Below are positions 60,017 to 64,000 of a DNA stretch of 64,000 nt, one piece after another (within the stretch, counting starts at the first letter, position 1; each line of letters starts with the position of its first letter). Source of the DNA: Ignavibacteriota bacterium (GTDB lineage: Bacteria > Bacteroidota > Ignavibacteria > UBA10030); NCBI GenBank assembly GCA_963701295.1, contig OY969585.1, positions 1,408,001 through 1,472,000 on the forward strand, written 5' to 3'. The notes beneath the pieces are model-generated. The model made no database searches, had not been told where the DNA came from, and worked only from the letters and a program-made list of their open reading frames with translations. The translations under genes were made by a program, and so were the position numbers.

Positions 60017-61495
60017 CTAGTAAACATTTTCCAATTCGAACCACCGCTGAACAATTTTATGATTGGATTCCGAAAACCTTTTATGTGAGAATTCATTGGT
60101 GTGTACATTGTATTTGTAATCTCTCTCCCACTTCCGGACGTTCTTACGCAATGATTGCAATGCACTCAGAATCTCAGCAACTTCGTCATCGGTTGTGGTC
60201 GGATGAATGGACAGTCGCACCCAGCCGGGTTTGGTTGAGAAATCGCCGTGATCGATACGGTTTGTTATCTCGTCTGAATGCCGTGGATCAACATGAAGTA
60301 AATAATGTCCATAAGTGCCCGCACAATCACATCCGCCTCGAACTTGAATACCAAATCGATCGTTGAGAATTCTTACGACAAGATTGTAATGGATATCGTC
60401 AAAATAAAATGAAATTATTCCAAGTCGATCTTCGATATTATCTGCAAGAATCTTTAGACCGGATATTGTGCGCATTTCTTTTAGGAGAACGGGAATAATT
60501 TCTTTTTCCCGCTTGAGCATTTTTTTAACATTCATTTGATCCTTCAATTCCACTGTCAGAGCCGAACGAATTGCCTGCAGAAATCCCGGTGTGCCGCCGT
60601 CTTCTCGCTCTTCGATGTCGGGCTTGTAGCGATAAATTCCCCATGGGTTTGTCCAGAGAACAGTTCCGCCGCCGGGCTGATCGGGAGATTTGAGATCGTA
60701 CAATTCGGAATCAAATACCATCACACCTGATGAACCAGGACCACCTAAGAATTTATGGGGTGAGAAGAATATCGCATCCAACCGTTCCATCGGATCGGTG
60801 GGGTGCATGTTGATGTTCACATACGGAGCAGACGCTGCAAAATCTACAAAACAGATTCCGTTGTGTTCATGCATCATTCTTGCGAACTGATGGTACTGTG
60901 TCTGAATACCGGTCACATTGGAACATGCTGTGAACGAACCGATTTTGAGCGGACGATCCTTATACTTGTGAAGAGATTCCTGTAAATGATTAACATCAAC
61001 AAGTCCCTCTTGTGTCGGTAGAATAACACAAACATCTGCAATCGTTTCATACCACGATGTATGATTGGAATGATGCTCCATATGCGTTACGAAGACAATC
61101 GGTCTCTTCTCGGGAGGGATGGAAACAAATTGTTCCAGCTGATCCGGATATTTCAATCCTAACATTCTTTGAAACTTGATCAGTGCAGCGGTCATGCCAA
61201 ATCCGACATTCAACAAAGCATCTTTCGGTCCTGCGTTTACATGCCGTTTGATGATTTCATGCGCCTGATGGTATGCGTGTGTCATCATCGTGCTGGTGAT
61301 GTTTGTTTCCGTGTGTGTGTTGCCGACAAACGGGCCGAACTCCTTGAATATTTTCTGCTCGATAGGAGCGTAGAGCCTTCCACTTGCAGTCCAATCTGCG
61401 TACACGATATTTTTCCTGCCGTACGGTGTTTTAAAGATTTGCCGCAATCCGACAATATTCTTGCGGAAGGGAGAAAAATATTTTTCGAGATTCAT
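60017..61495 (-). CDS. Class V PLP aminotransferase, cysteine desulfurase/selenocysteine lyase-like
   Basis: YADWTASGR, EHHSN, FSPHKFLGGPG, EDGGTP, RGGCDCAG; start at MNLEKY. Confidence 0.85.
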   Translation of the reverse strand: MNLEKYFSPFRKNIVGLRQIFKTPYGRKNIVYADWTASGRLYAPIEQKIFKEFGPFVGNTHTETNITSTMMTHAYHQAHEIIKRHVNAGPKDALLNVGFGMTAALIKFQRMLGLKYPDQLEQFVSIPPEKRPIVFVTHMEHHSNHTSWYETIADVCVILPTQEGLVDVNHLQESLHKYKDRPLKIGSFTACSNVTGIQTQYHQFARMMHEHNGICFVDFAASAPYVNINMHPTDPMERLDAIFFSPHKFLGGPGSSGVMVFDSELYDLKSPDQPGGGTVLWTNPWGIYRYKPDIEEREDGGTPGFLQAIRSALTVELKDQMNVKKMLKREKEIIPVLLKEMRTISGLKILADNIEDRLGIISFYFDDIHYNLVVRILNDRFGIQVRGGCDCAGTYGHYLLHVDPRHSDEITNRIDHGDFSTKPGWVRLSIHPTTTDDEVAEILSALQSLRKNVRKWERDYKYNVHTNEFSHKRFSESNHKIVQRWFELENVY

Positions 61496-61559
61496 ACGAT
61501 TGCTTCTTTCATATATCACAAGGCAGGGATGTTCAATTGAACGTCCTTATAAGCCAAAA

Positions 61560-62831
61560 TTATACATGCGCTAATGCTTGATCCAAATCCCAGATAATAT
61601 CTTCCGTCGCTTCTACCCCCACCGATAGACGTACGAGATTGTCAGCGATTCCAAATTCTTTTCGCTTATGCGGTTCTACGGCAGAATGTGTCATTGCTGC
61701 TGGATGTTCAGCAAGCGATTCGGTGCCACCTAAACTGACAGCAAGTTTCACCATCTTCAATGAATCAAGAAAACGGAACGATGCTTGTTCGCCACCTTTG
61801 ACGAGAAAGCTGATCATTGCTCCGGGTGAGAGACATTGTTTTTTATAGACAATGTACTGCGGATCATCCTCTTTCAGTAACCCAAGGTATAATACTTTTT
61901 CAACTTTGGGATGTGTTGAGAGCCAGAGACCAATTTCTTGTGCACTCTGTGCAGCAGTCGTCATACGCATCTTGAGCGTCTCAAGGCTCCGCAGGAGCAG
62001 CCAGCCCGTCAGCGGACTCGCCATTGATCCGAAAACACTGCGCATAGATTTGACGCGGTTGATCAATTCTTTTGATCCGAGACATGCACCGGCAACGACA
62101 TCGCAATGACCGCCGATATACTTGGTTGCCGAATACAAAACAAGGTCAATACCATGCTTCAAAGGGTGTTGAAAAATAGGACCAAGAAAAGTGTTATCCA
62201 ATGCCGTCAGAACTTTGCGGTCCTTAGTAGAAAAATGTTTTGCAATGTCTACACACATTTCGATATCGATGAGGCAGTTCGTCGGATTGGCAGGAGTTTC
62301 TAAAAAGATCATCCCAAGTTTGTTTGTTGCGCCACCTCGTTCCACCATATCGATGATTTGTTGCCGCGTGTGCTGTACACCAAAATTAATAGTCTTAATG
62401 CCGAATTTTGCTAGCACGGCTTCAAAAAGATATTCCGTGCCTCCATAAATAGGTTCGCTGCTCAGGAGAACATCACCTGGCTTCAGTAGCTCAAGCACTG
62501 CTGTACTGATTGCTGCCATTCCGCTGTCAAACACGGCGCATGCTTCTGCATTGTCCCAAACAGTAAGACGGTCTTCGAGAATCTCCAGATCCGGGTTGTT
62601 GATGCGGCTGTAAATGAGTCCGGCGCCATGTGTACCCGGCTCACGCACCCCGTGTGCCATTTCGAAGAATTCCTTACCGTCTCTAGCATTTTCAAAGACA
62701 AACGTAGAAGTCTGAAAAATGGGACACTTTACGGCTCCTTCCGACCACTCGGGTTTATATCCATATCCCATCATCAGAGTCTCGGGTTTCAAAATTTTCT
62801 TTTTTCCGTTGGAAATAAGTTCTTTATCCAT
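61560..62831 (-). CDS. Cys/Met metabolism PLP enzyme (methionine gamma-lyase/cystathionine gamma-synthase family)
   Basis: PIFQTSTF, YSRINNP, SGMAAI, ETPANP, DNTF, SATKYIGGH, AVSLGGTESL, RLSVGVE; GAGGTG RBS before ATG 62831. Confidence 0.9.
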   Translation of the reverse strand: MDKELISNGKKKILKPETLMMGYGYKPEWSEGAVKCPIFQTSTFVFENARDGKEFFEMAHGVREPGTHGAGLIYSRINNPDLEILEDRLTVWDNAEACAVFDSGMAAISTAVLELLKPGDVLLSSEPIYGGTEYLFEAVLAKFGIKTINFGVQHTRQQIIDMVERGGATNKLGMIFLETPANPTNCLIDIEMCVDIAKHFSTKDRKVLTALDNTFLGPIFQHPLKHGIDLVLYSATKYIGGHCDVVAGACLGSKELINRVKSMRSVFGSMASPLTGWLLLRSLETLKMRMTTAAQSAQEIGLWLSTHPKVEKVLYLGLLKEDDPQYIVYKKQCLSPGAMISFLVKGGEQASFRFLDSLKMVKLAVSLGGTESLAEHPAAMTHSAVEPHKRKEFGIADNLVRLSVGVEATEDIIWDLDQALAHV

Positions 62832-63095
62832 AAAGCACCTCGTTAGATTTAGGTGAGACAAATATTGTGGCAAAAGGTACGAGAATATTTTTAAAAATCA
62901 ATTGCCGTGAGAATGACTTGATTCTCCGTTGATGCATTCGTAAGTTCTACAGTATTAATTTGGAATCTATGTTATTTGGAAAGAGGCTTTTTTGATACAT
63001 ACTTCAATTATTTTTTAGATTTCCACAATAAAAGGATGTTAAAATATCTCCAATAACAAGAGTATCCACTATCACACATCAAGAGGAGTAATACC

Positions 63096-64000
63096 ATGAA
63101 TCCTCCGTTCCCACCATTAACACTAGGCGATATCTTCGAGAAAACATTTTCACTCATCGGGAAGACATTTTTTCGCAATCTTTGTATTGCAGTACTCATT
63201 CTTTTGTTTCCAATCATTCTTATGGCAATCGCTACAGATGATTTTTATTCATCCCTTGCCGATATGCAGTATTCAATTCATCAACAGCAAAGTGAGCCTG
63301 GATTAGATATGCTAGTATCGATTCTTAGTATGCTCTCTTTTTTCTTAATAGCAACTCTTGTTTTTGCACTTGGTGTTCTTTTTGCAGAGATCGCCATTAG
63401 TATTGTTGTAAGCAATGAAATATTGTCTCATCGAATTACGTTCTTGGATGCATTAAGTGAATTGTTTGATCTCAAATGGTTGTATGGTATCGGACAAGCA
63501 GTTCTGAAATTTTTCATCTTCGTCGGCGGGATAATAATCCTGAGTATCATACTGGCAATTTTTGCCGCTCTATCGAAACTGCTCATGGGATTGATCGCTG
63601 TTCTTTGTTTGCTCGTTCTCATCCCGGTCATCGCCTATATTGCTTTAAAGTGGTACTTTTCACTCACTGCTATAGCGGTGGACGATCTCACCGTCATAGA
63701 ATCGTTGCGAGCGAGCTGGTATTTAGTCGAGGGGTATTGGTGGAGGACCTTTGGTATACTGTTGCTTCTTTCCATTCTTACGCAATTTGCTATCTCTATT
63801 GTATCATTGCCAATTACTTTCGGAAGTATGTGGGATGTATACAAAGAATATTTTACTATGCTCGGAAAAACTGGCGGAAATATTAATCCAGAAATGTTAA
63901 AAAATTTGGAAAGATCATTTGGACCAGGAATTGCTATCGGGAGTGGTATCAGCGCTTTACTCTCCTTGTTGGTTACTCCAGTCTATATGGTTGTACTATA
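63096..64000 (+). CDS. Polytopic membrane protein (GPDPase-membrane-domain-like), truncated by window end; absent from the ORF track
   Basis: GAGGAG RBS, ATG 63096, MNPPFPPLTLGDIFEKTF..., ESLRASWYLVEGYWWRTFG; frame appears open to the window end. Confidence 0.75.
   Translation, partial: MNPPFPPLTLGDIFEKTFSLIGKTFFRNLCIAVLILLFPIILMAIATDDFYSSLADMQYSIHQQQSEPGLDMLVSILSMLSFFLIATLVFALGVLFAEIAISIVVSNEILSHRITFLDALSELFDLKWLYGIGQAVLKFFIFVGGIIILSIILAIFAALSKLLMGLIAVLCLLVLIPVIAYIALKWYFSLTAIAVDDLTVIESLRASWYLVEGYWWRTFGILLLLSILTQFAISIVSLPITFGSMWDVYKEYFTMLGKTGGNINPEMLKNLERSFGPGIAIGSGISALLSLLVTPVYMVVL

Noticed and set aside
62832-63095. SAM riboswitch upstream of the Cys/Met enzyme
   Set aside because: No SAM-I or SAM-II core motifs recognisable in this AT-rich spacer
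63476-63886. 136-aa plus-strand ORF
   Set aside because: Out-of-frame overlap with the membrane protein starting at 63096, which has a clear RBS

Overview
A dense, mostly housekeeping bacterial chromosomal segment of about 55 CDSs. Gene content and order suggest a Gram-negative Bacteroidota/Ignavibacteria-like organism, which is inference only. In order, it contains: (1) a yceD-rpmF-plsX-fabHDG-acpP-fabF-rnc-gcvP-Omp85-rsmE run; (2) a small accessory block with a beta-barrel, an epimerase-like gene, a PIF1 helicase and a secreted hypothetical; (3) a THF-dependent histidine utilisation cluster (hutH, hutU, hutI, ftcD, cyclodeaminase) interrupted by a signalling cassette (atypical REC-kinase, sigma54 activator, SixA, adenosine-kinase-like DUF355 protein); (4) hflX, a BatA/vWA protein, suhB, pdp, pyrE, DUF4954, murI, glnD, a second Omp85 and sulP; (5) P5C dehydrogenase, sucC, gatB, a four-helix-bundle gene and tpiA; (6) a TetR-EmrA-EmrB-EmrB-TolC efflux locus; (7) two PLP sulfur-amino-acid enzymes. 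I found no rRNA, tRNA, CRISPR array, transposase or reverse transcriptase. The most unusual signals are a four-helix-bundle gene bracketed by inverted 8-bp-period repeat arrays (with orphan arrays nearby), a 1820-bp duplication of emrB whose junction holds synonymously diverged tolC and emrA remnants, the phosphohistidine-centred cassette with a His-less H-box, and two REP-like palindromes. All family assignments are from motif recognition by eye; no database searches were run.
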